Below are positions 56,988 to 64,000 of a stretch of 64,000 nt of DNA, one piece after another (the first letter of the stretch is position 1; each line of letters opens with the position of its first letter). A program made the position numbers and the translations under genes. The notes under the pieces are model-generated. The model made no database searches. It had not been told where the DNA came from and saw nothing but the letters and a program-made list of their open reading frames with translations. The DNA is from Armatimonadota bacterium (GTDB lineage Bacteria > Armatimonadota > Fimbriimonadia > Fimbriimonadales > GBS-DC): assembly GCA_030550775.1 (NCBI GenBank), contig JAUQOS010000001.1, positions 19,259-83,258 on the forward strand, in the 5' to 3' direction.

Positions 56988-57758
56988 TTAGCACCCTTGC
57001 CCGAAGCTAAAGAGCACGCGCAACAGGTCAGAGTCGTTCACCACGCCGTCGCAAGTGACATCCTCAGGCAGGAAGTTGCCCTCATTCCCGAAGGCGAACA
57101 GCACACGCAGCAGGTCGGTGTCGTCGATGCAGCCATCAAGGTTCACATCGCCGCTGGCAGTAACGCAGCAGCCGTTCTCGTTCACAAAGAACGCGCCTGT
57201 AAGTTGGATGGTGTAGCTACCCTCTGCCAGCGTAATGCCCGACCAAGCGGCAACTGGTTGGTCGGCGCGAATACCATCGGCACAGCGGATGGCGTTCGGG
57301 TCGCCCAGCGGGTCCCACAGCGGCTGCCCCTCGGCACTTACGGGGAAGCGGTTGTATCGGGTGATTGCCAACAGGTAAATCCCTGCGCCCGGTAAGCAGT
57401 TGGTGCTGTTGTCAATCCGCGATTGGATGGAGCCGCCGAAGTCGTCGTTGAACACCACGCCACGTCCATCGCAGCGGAACAGCCATAGCTGGGTGTCCCA
57501 ACCCGTTGCGCCCACTGTGGTTGCAGAGAATGCAGCAGGGTTTGTAATGCAGATGACGTACATATCTACATCGTTCTCGCCCATCGTGCCTTGAATCTGG
57601 TCAACGGGCGTTTGGCAACCCTGTGCACCTGCGGACTGCACCAGTTGGGCAGTACGGGGCAGATCTCCTGCGTCGTCGCGTTCTTGATAGATGTTTTGCG
57701 CCGTCGCCAGCGCCCACGAGATATTTACCACCACCAAAGTCCACAACAAGCGTTGCAT
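56988..57758 (-). CDS. Secreted protein with PPC-like domain and a C-terminal dockerin-type double repeat
   Basis: Signal MQRLLWTLVVVNISWALATA. DAGDLPRTAQ...GENDVDMYVICI is PPC-like. The dockerin-like repeats are DVNLDGCIDDTDLLRVLFAFG and DVTCDGVVNDSDLLRVLFSFG. ATG 57758 follows AAGGGAGG. Confidence 0.7.
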   Translation of the reverse strand: MQRLLWTLVVVNISWALATAQNIYQERDDAGDLPRTAQLVQSAGAQGCQTPVDQIQGTMGENDVDMYVICITNPAAFSATTVGATGWDTQLWLFRCDGRGVVFNDDFGGSIQSRIDNSTNCLPGAGIYLLAITRYNRFPVSAEGQPLWDPLGDPNAIRCADGIRADQPVAAWSGITLAEGSYTIQLTGAFFVNENGCCVTASGDVNLDGCIDDTDLLRVLFAFGNEGNFLPEDVTCDGVVNDSDLLRVLFSFGQGC

Positions 57759-57962
57759 TATTAGCCTCCCTTTCACGGCAAAGTGCCGCGGATATCGGGG
57801 GCGCTAAGGATGCCCCCTGCAAATATTATAGCCTAAGTTTCTACTTATCGCTCGCCCTTGGCTCGAAATGACAAGTTCACTTTCGCAAAAATGGATTTGC
57901 CGTTCTGGGCGAAGTGCAGCATCGCGCTTGCTTGGAAGCAACTTGGGCCATTGTAGCCTATG

Positions 57963-58874
57963 TTAGTCTCTGCCGCTGCGAGCGCGCAGGTAGCTGCTGG
58001 GCGGTGTGGCACGCTGCAAGTGCCCCAGGATAAAGCGTGCCGCTGCTACTACGCCCTCTAAGTCCACGCCCGTTTGGATGCCCATTCCGTGTAGCATATA
58101 AAGTAAGTCCTCGGTGGCAAGATTGCCTGACGCGCCCGGCGCAAAGGGGCAGCCGCCTAAGCCACCCGCACTGGAATCGAAAATGAAAATACCATACTGA
58201 AGCGCAGCAAGCACATTTGCCAGCGCGGTGCCATAGGTGTTGTGGAAGTGGTAGGCAAACCGTTGGGGAGGCAGGATGGGCAGTAACGCCTCTGTGAGGC
58301 GTGCCACCTGAGTGGGAACCGCGGCGCCGATGGTATCGCCCAAACTCACCTCGTCCACGCCCATTGCCAAGAGGCGCTCTACGATGGGCTTAACCGCGTC
58401 TGGTAAGATTTCGCCCTCGTAAGGGCACATCAGCGCAGTGGAAATATAGCCGCGTACCCAACAGCCCGCCGCCTTCGCCTCGCGCACCACCATTTCATAC
58501 TCGTGCAGCGACTGCTCGATGCTGCGGTTCAGGTTGCGCTGGCAAAAGCTTTCGGAAGCGGCGGTGAAAACCGCCACTTCCGTGGCGCCTGCTTGCAACG
58601 CACGCTCCAGCCCTTTGAGATTGGGCACTAGCACAGGATAGCGCACTCCCTCCCGCCGACGGAGTTGGCTCAGCACATGCTCTGCGTCAGCCAGCTGAGG
58701 CACCCACTTGGGACTAACGAAGGCAGTCGCCTCCACCATCGGCAAGCTCGCATCAGCCAGCATCTCAATAAAGCGCACCTTCACTTCCGTGGGCACGGTG
58801 GTTGGTTCGTTCTGTAAACCATCGCGCGCGCCCACCTCCACTACCCGAACAAACGACGGCAGCGAACCTACCAT
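57963..58874 (-). CDS. Hydroxymethylglutaryl-CoA lyase
   Basis: VRVVEVGARDGLQNE, FHFHNTYGTALANV, GLGGCPFAPGASGN. Confidence 0.9.
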   Translation of the reverse strand: MVGSLPSFVRVVEVGARDGLQNEPTTVPTEVKVRFIEMLADASLPMVEATAFVSPKWVPQLADAEHVLSQLRRREGVRYPVLVPNLKGLERALQAGATEVAVFTAASESFCQRNLNRSIEQSLHEYEMVVREAKAAGCWVRGYISTALMCPYEGEILPDAVKPIVERLLAMGVDEVSLGDTIGAAVPTQVARLTEALLPILPPQRFAYHFHNTYGTALANVLAALQYGIFIFDSSAGGLGGCPFAPGASGNLATEDLLYMLHGMGIQTGVDLEGVVAAARFILGHLQRATPPSSYLRARSGRD

Positions 58875-58933
58875 AGCCGACTCCCGCTGTAGGTATACCT
58901 AAGACACCACAGCAGGTACACTGTTTAACCGCT

Positions 58934-59872
58934 ATGGAAGGTGTAGAGAAGCTGATTATTATCGGCTCGGGGCCAGCGGGCTACACGGCGGCAATCTACG
59001 CCGCGCGTGCCGCCCTGCAACCGCTCCTGTTTGCGGGCGTTCAACCCGGCGGACAACTAATGATAACCACCGATGTCGAGAACTACCCCGGCTTTCCCGA
59101 AGGCATTCAAGGACCTGAACTGATGGAACTGTTCCGTCAGCAGGCGGAGCGGTTTGGCACACGGATTATGTATGAAACAATTATCAAAGTAGACTTCAAC
59201 GAGCATCCGTTCCGCTTGTGGAGCGACGCGGGCACCGAATATCGCGCGCTTGCCGTGATTGTCGCCACAGGCGCATCTGCCAAGTGGCTCGGCTTGGAAA
59301 GCGAGGAAAAGCTCAAAGGGCGCGGCGTGTCGGCATGCGCCACCTGCGACGGCTTCTTCTTCCGCGGCAAAAAAGTCATCGTTGTCGGGGGCGGTGACAC
59401 CGCGATGGAGGAAGCGCTCTACCTCACCAATCACTGCGAGAAGGTGTATGTGGTACACCGCCGCGACGAGCTGCGTGCCTCCAAGATTATGCAGGAACGC
59501 GCCTTCCGCAACCCCAAAATTGAGTTCATCTGGAGCACTGTGGTACGCGACATCTACGATGTCAATCAAGGCAAAGTGACGGGCGTGCGCCTGCGTAACC
59601 TCAAAACCAACGAAGAGTATGACTTCCCGATTGATGGAGTGTTCATCGCTATCGGGCACTCGCCCAACACGCAAATCTTTCAGGGCATTCTGGAGATGGA
59701 CGAGCAAGGCTACATCATCACCCGCAACGGCACCTACACCAGCGTGGAAGGGGTGTTCGCTGCAGGCGATGTGATGGATAAAGTCTATCGCCAAGCCGTT
59801 ACGGCAGCTGGTACGGGCTGTATGGCGGCGCTGGACGCCGAGCGTTGGCTCGCAGCGAAGTTTTTGCACTAA
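58934..59872 (+). CDS. trxB: Thioredoxin-disulfide reductase
   Basis: [19 protein letters not shown], redox site [26 protein letters not shown]. Confidence 0.95.
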   Translation: MEGVEKLIIIGSGPAGYTAAIYAARAALQPLLFAGVQPGGQLMITTDVENYPGFPEGIQGPELMELFRQQAERFGTRIMYETIIKVDFNEHPFRLWSDAGTEYRALAVIVATGASAKWLGLESEEKLKGRGVSACATCDGFFFRGKKVIVVGGGDTAMEEALYLTNHCEKVYVVHRRDELRASKIMQERAFRNPKIEFIWSTVVRDIYDVNQGKVTGVRLRNLKTNEEYDFPIDGVFIAIGHSPNTQIFQGILEMDEQGYIITRNGTYTSVEGVFAAGDVMDKVYRQAVTAAGTGCMAALDAERWLAAKFLH

Positions 59873-59885
59873 TCCAGAGCGCATA

Positions 59886-60638
59886 GTGGGTATACTTGCA
59901 CTTGCTATGCGCTCGGCTCAGCGCTCCACCACGCGAATTGCACTCGGCGTTGCGGGGGTGTTGCTGCTATTGTATGTGGGCAACATCGGCGTTGGCTATT
60001 ACCAAGCCAGCCGCATGCAGCTAAGCACACTTCGCCCTTCGCAGTTCACGGTGTTCGGCTTCCCCGCCGTTGAAATGGAAGAGCGACGCTGGAAAATCAT
60101 CATTACGCACGAAGTGCCGAAAGTTGTGGAGATGCTGCGCGAGATAGCGTTTGAACGCCCCGAGTTCGGCACTGAAGACCAGCAGAACTTCCGTCGCGTA
60201 CCTATGGAAGAAGTTATGCGCACGCTGCCCGTGGTGCTGACCGAGCAACACATCGAGAAAGTGTGGGTCGAGTCGCGCGAAGCAGAAACGCTGCGTGCCC
60301 AACGCGCTTACTATGTGGTGCACCTGCGCCTGACCACCGAAGGGCGTGCCCGACTGTGGCACTATGCCCGCGAACAGCTTGCCCGCAGTCGCGTCTTAGG
60401 CGAAAAACTGCGCGACCAACGCCTGCTGGTGGTCGTGGGCGAACAGCCGTGGGCTGCGCCCATCATCAGCTCCGAAGTCGCCAGCAGCTGGTGGCTGATG
60501 AGCCGGTTCTCCATGCTACAGCCCTCTGATGTACAAATCTTCCCCATCTACGACGAGGAAATCGCGAACACCATCGCGCAGGGCTTTGCCGAAGCCAAGC
60601 AAAAAGCCATCGCCACCGCCTCACGGAGCCAGCCATGA
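59886..60638 (+). CDS. Hypothetical membrane-anchored protein
   Basis: 250-aa ORF with an N-terminal TM helix (IALGVAGVLLLLYVGNIG). The stop overlaps the next start (ATGA at 60635-60638). No recognisable domain. Confidence 0.55.
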   Translation: MGILALAMRSAQRSTTRIALGVAGVLLLLYVGNIGVGYYQASRMQLSTLRPSQFTVFGFPAVEMEERRWKIIITHEVPKVVEMLREIAFERPEFGTEDQQNFRRVPMEEVMRTLPVVLTEQHIEKVWVESREAETLRAQRAYYVVHLRLTTEGRARLWHYAREQLARSRVLGEKLRDQRLLVVVGEQPWAAPIISSEVASSWWLMSRFSMLQPSDVQIFPIYDEEIANTIAQGFAEAKQKAIATASRSQP

Positions 60639-61462
60639 CCATCCGCTTAGGACACAGCCCCGACGCCGATGACGCCTTCATGTTTTGGGCACTAAGCGCA
60701 GGCTTGGTGCAAACGCCCCTGCAGTTTGAGCATGTGTTGCGCGATATCCAAACCCTTAACGAATGGGCGCGCGATGGTACGCTGGAGTTCACCGCAATGT
60801 CGGTGCATAACCTCGCCTATGTGGCAGACAAGTACATTGTGCTACGGCAAGGCGGCAGCTTCGGCGACGGTTATGGACCGATGCTTGTGGCACGCGAGCC
60901 GATTCCGCTGGAGCAGCTGCGCGAATTGACAATCGCAGTACCCGGCTACCTCACCAGCGCGTATCTGGCGCTGCGCCTGTTTTTGCCCGACGCCCGCACG
61001 GTGGCGATGCCCTTCGACGCGATTATGCCCGCCGTGCAGCGCGGTGAGGTGCCTGTGGGCGTGCTGATTCACGAGGGGCAACTGACGCACCAGCAAGCGG
61101 GGCTGCACCTATTGCTGGATTTGGGCGCGTGGTGGCATACTGAAACGGGAGGCTTGCCCCTGCCGCTGGGCATCAACGCCGTGCGTGCCGACCTGCCCGA
61201 ACCCATCCAACGCGAAATCGCTCGCGCGTTCCGCGAAAGCATTCAGTTAGGGCTGCACCATCGCGAACGCGCCCTCGAATACGCCCTCCAATATGGGCGC
61301 GGAATCGACCCCGCAACCGCCGACCGCTTCGTGGGTATGTATGTGAACGAACTCACCCTTGATATGGGCGAGCGGGGCAAACGCGCCATCGTGGAGTTCC
61401 TCGCGCGCGGCGCTGCAGCGGGCATTACCCCGCCTGCCGCCGTGCGATTTTTGGAAACCTGA
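60635..61462 (+). CDS. MqnA/MqnD/SBP-family protein (futalosine-pathway-like periplasmic-binding fold)
   Basis: IRLGHSPDADDAFMFWAL..., ...GVLIHEGQLT...; this is the pattern I associate with the PF02621-type family. The exact enzyme is not resolved. Confidence 0.6.
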   Translation: MTIRLGHSPDADDAFMFWALSAGLVQTPLQFEHVLRDIQTLNEWARDGTLEFTAMSVHNLAYVADKYIVLRQGGSFGDGYGPMLVAREPIPLEQLRELTIAVPGYLTSAYLALRLFLPDARTVAMPFDAIMPAVQRGEVPVGVLIHEGQLTHQQAGLHLLLDLGAWWHTETGGLPLPLGINAVRADLPEPIQREIARAFRESIQLGLHHRERALEYALQYGRGIDPATADRFVGMYVNELTLDMGERGKRAIVEFLARGAAAGITPPAAVRFLET

Positions 61463-61574
61463 CCCTCGAGGCACGCACCCCTTCCCACCACCAAAGCCCA
61501 TTAGGTATGCTTAATGCACTCCACGGGCAACTACCCTCGCTCAAAGAGGAGCGAGGCATAGGAGGAGTTCAGCG

Positions 61575-63134
61575 ATGCCGATTGATTGGACTGCAGAGGC
61601 AGACAACCGCGAAATCGATGCACTCTTAGGTCAAGCCAATCCGTTGTATCACAATCTTTCAGTGGCTCATTTAGTTGAGCATGCAGTGTTGAATGGGGAA
61701 GCCCAACTGGCGTCGAACGGTGCGCTCATCGCCCGCACAGGACAATACACGGGACGCTCCCCCAAAGACAAGTTCGTGGTGCGCCATCCTGAGTTCGAGA
61801 CGGACATTGACTGGGGGGCGGTCAACCAGCCGATGGCACCCGAAGTGTTCGAACGGCTGTTGCTGCGCGTGTCCGCCTACTTAGCGCATCGCCCACTCTA
61901 TGTGCAAGACTGCTTCGCCGGGGCAGACCCACGCTACCGCATCGGCGTGCGCGTGATTACCGAAATGGCGTGGCACAATCTGTTTGCCAAGCAGTTGTTT
62001 ATCCGCCCCTCACGCGAGGAGCTTACGCACTTCCGACCCAGCTTTGTGGTGTTGCACGCGCCCAACTTCAAAACTGACCCCAAGATCGATGGCACGCGCA
62101 GCGAAGTGGTAATTGCGCTCGATTTTCGGCGGCGCATCGTGCTGATTGCGGGCACAGGCTATGCTGGCGAAATCAAAAAATCGATTTTTACCGTCATGAA
62201 CTTCATTTTGCCGTTGCAGGGCGTATTCCCGATGCACTGCTCGGCGAATGTTGGTGCTGAAGGCGATGTTGCACTCTTTTTCGGGCTGAGCGGCACGGGC
62301 AAAACCTCGCTCTCGGCAGACCCTGAGCGACGCCTGATTGGCGACGATGAACACGGCTGGAGCGATACGGGCGTTTTCAACTTCGAAGGAGGCTGCTATG
62401 CCAAGTGCATCAACCTCTCGCGCGAAAACGAACCGCAAATCTGGAACGCCATTCGCTTCGGTAGCGTCGTGGAGAATGTGGTGGTCAACCCCGAAACGCG
62501 CGAACCCGACTATGCCGACGCCTCTATTACCGAAAACACGCGCGCAGCGTATCCTGTGGACTACATCGAAGGTGCGGTGCTGCCCGGCATCGGGGGGCAC
62601 CCGCGCAATCTGTTTTTCTTAGCAGCCGATGCGTTCGGCGTGCTGCCCCCGATGAGCCGCCTGAGCATTCCCCAGGCGATGGATATGTTCTTGCTGGGCT
62701 ACACTGCGAAAGTGGCGGGCACCGAGCGCGGCATCACCACCCCAGAGATGACCTTCAGCGCGTGTTTTGGGGCACCGTTTTTGCCGATGGCGCCCGCGCG
62801 CTATGGACAAATGCTTGCCGAAAAGCTCAGCCAGTCCCACGCCCAAGTGTGGCTGGTTAACACAGGTTGGACAGGCGGACCTTACGGCGTGGGGCATCGG
62901 ATTCCCATTCAGTATACGCGAGCGATGATTCGTGCTGCGCTCAACGGCGTGCTTACGGAAGTGCCCTATCGCACGGATCCCGTGTTCGGATGGGAAGTGC
63001 CTGCGCACATTCCCGGTGTGCCCGACGAACTGTTGACCCCGCGCGACACTTGGCAGGACAAGGTCGCCTACGACGCGCAGGCACACCTGCTGGTAGAAAA
63101 GATGCAAGAGCGGCTCAAGCAGCTGCGGGGCTAA
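61575..63134 (+). CDS. pckA: Phosphoenolpyruvate carboxykinase (ATP)
   Basis: [23 protein letters not shown] (kinase-1a) and IGDDEHGW. The 63-nt leader has a hairpin CCTCGCTC...GAGCGAGG and SD GGAGGAG. Confidence 0.95.
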   Translation: MPIDWTAEADNREIDALLGQANPLYHNLSVAHLVEHAVLNGEAQLASNGALIARTGQYTGRSPKDKFVVRHPEFETDIDWGAVNQPMAPEVFERLLLRVSAYLAHRPLYVQDCFAGADPRYRIGVRVITEMAWHNLFAKQLFIRPSREELTHFRPSFVVLHAPNFKTDPKIDGTRSEVVIALDFRRRIVLIAGTGYAGEIKKSIFTVMNFILPLQGVFPMHCSANVGAEGDVALFFGLSGTGKTSLSADPERRLIGDDEHGWSDTGVFNFEGGCYAKCINLSRENEPQIWNAIRFGSVVENVVVNPETREPDYADASITENTRAAYPVDYIEGAVLPGIGGHPRNLFFLAADAFGVLPPMSRLSIPQAMDMFLLGYTAKVAGTERGITTPEMTFSACFGAPFLPMAPARYGQMLAEKLSQSHAQVWLVNTGWTGGPYGVGHRIPIQYTRAMIRAALNGVLTEVPYRTDPVFGWEVPAHIPGVPDELLTPRDTWQDKVAYDAQAHLLVEKMQERLKQLRG

Positions 63135-63144
63135 GCAGGGGTCG

Positions 63145-63180
63145 CCCCCAACAGCAAGGGATCGCCTTGCGCGTTGGGGG
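63145..63180. terminator. Nested stem-loop between convergent pckA and the NlpC/P60 gene (candidate bidirectional terminator)
   Basis: CCCCCAAC (63145-52) pairs with GTTGGGGG (63173-80) and encloses GCAAGG gatcg CCTTGC (63154-70). No U-tract. Confidence 0.4.
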
Positions 63181-63194
63181 ATGTCGCAGCCCTT

Positions 63195-64000
63195 TCAGCG
63201 TCGCACGACACGGCGTGCCCCGACATAACGCTCCTGGTAATAGCCTGAATGGAGCGTGTCGATGCGCACGCGCCCCCGCGAACTGGAAGCGTGAATGAAC
63301 TTGCCGTCGCCGATGTAGATGCCCACATGCGAGATGCCACGCCCGCGCGTGCGGAAGAACACCAAGTCGCCCGGCTTCAGCTCGTGCCGTGCGACAGGCA
63401 CGCCCACGCGGTACTGCGCGCTGGAGTTGTGGGGTAGATGGATGCCGTGCTTACGATAGATGTGCATCGTGAAGCCGGAGCAGTCAAAGCCCCGCGAGCC
63501 GCTACCACCGTAGCGGTAGCGTGTGCCCAAATATGCCATCGCACTTCGCACGGCTTCAGGAAGCCCCGCTGCCTGCGCAGCTGCAAGCATCTGCGCGCGC
63601 GACGGCTCACGCACCGTTCGCTTTGCTCGAGAAACTACTTGCTTCGCTTGTTGAGGCGGTCTAGTCGGGCTGAGATACTCACTTTTGACCCAGCCCTCGC
63701 GCCCGTTTGCCAAGCGCACGCGACTCCATTCGCCCTGCCGTGCTAACACCTGCACTTTCGTCCACCGATCCACAATGGTGATGCGCTTGGCAGATACATC
63801 AGGCGCGCTGCGGACGTTGATGCGGTCTTTGTTGAGTTCCGCCCAGCCCGATGCGGGGGCACTCGAGCGGGCGCTGCCAGTCTGCACGCGACTCGCCGCA
63901 GAGTTGCGCGGAACGGGAATCTTGATTTGATCGCCCACCTGCAGCGCATGCGGGTTGCGCAGATTGTTGACTCGCAACAAATCAGGCAGGCGCAGACCAT
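63195..64000 (-). CDS. NlpC/P60 (C40) cell-wall peptidase with LysM and SH3 domains (N-terminus beyond the right edge)
   Basis: C40 catalytic core GFDCSGFTMHIY...HVGIYIGDGKFIHAS. SH3b-like region (INVRSAPD...GWVKSEYL). LysM tail ...GLRLPDLLRVNNLRNPHALQVGDQIKIP; the frame stays open to position 64000, so the ORF-track start at 63980 (TTG) is not the real start. Confidence 0.85.
   Translation of the reverse strand, partial: GLRLPDLLRVNNLRNPHALQVGDQIKIPVPRNSAASRVQTGSARSSAPASGWAELNKDRINVRSAPDVSAKRITIVDRWTKVQVLARQGEWSRVRLANGREGWVKSEYLSPTRPPQQAKQVVSRAKRTVREPSRAQMLAAAQAAGLPEAVRSAMAYLGTRYRYGGSGSRGFDCSGFTMHIYRKHGIHLPHNSSAQYRVGVPVARHELKPGDLVFFRTRGRGISHVGIYIGDGKFIHASSSRGRVRIDTLHSGYYQERYVGARRVVRR

Overview
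This is a 64-kb, roughly 60% GC chromosomal window from a diderm bacterium. I infer an Armatimonadota-like, possibly thermophilic lineage from the UBact-type proteasome locus, the many prepilin-type proteins and the SPPY methylase, but I could not check this. I support about 48 protein-coding genes and saw no rRNA, tRNA, CRISPR array, integrase or transposase. Housekeeping content includes alternative complex III actA/actB at the left edge, a Fur-family repressor with a P1B-4 metal ATPase, BCCP-hom, zwf, ligA, radA, infC-rpmI-rplT-pheS, a TlpA-like redoxin, a ferritin-like protein, hpf, yacL-like/ispDF, an HMG-CoA lyase, trxB, an Mqn-family protein, pckA and an NlpC/P60 peptidase that runs off the right edge. 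Seven things deserve a second look. (1) An 18.4-kb minus-strand operon (32477 down to 14059) keeps the gene order of a type IV pilus minor-pilin operon (pilin, PilV-, PilW-, PilX-like, then two PilY1-like beta-propeller proteins). Every member is several-fold enlarged (270, 609, 630, 879, 1570 and 2132 aa) and no assembly ATPase, platform or secretin is nearby. This is my best candidate for an undescribed system. (2) A low-GC restriction-modification cassette (7.0-9.0 kb) is bracketed by a 17-bp direct repeat and sits in the 5' end of a Dop/PafA-family gene. Its endonuclease is frameshifted but retains an SCK-x3-RER motif reminiscent of CCGG-family enzymes. (3) There is a Dop-like / UBact (ends RQRSGE) / PrcB / PrcA proteasome locus lacking Mpa and a second ligase. 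(4) A MITE-like multi-hairpin element is present in three copies. One copy has perfect 10-bp terminal inverted repeats and a 12-bp target duplication, and it is nested inside another small palindromic repeat. (5) A GG-TAnnnT box recurs 6-11 nt upstream of start codons, implying many leaderless mRNAs. (6) A 1468-aa secreted WD40 protein carries four tandem Ig-like modules. (7) infC has an ATT start and a tail that overlaps rpmI. All functional calls come from motif recognition by eye; no database search was possible.
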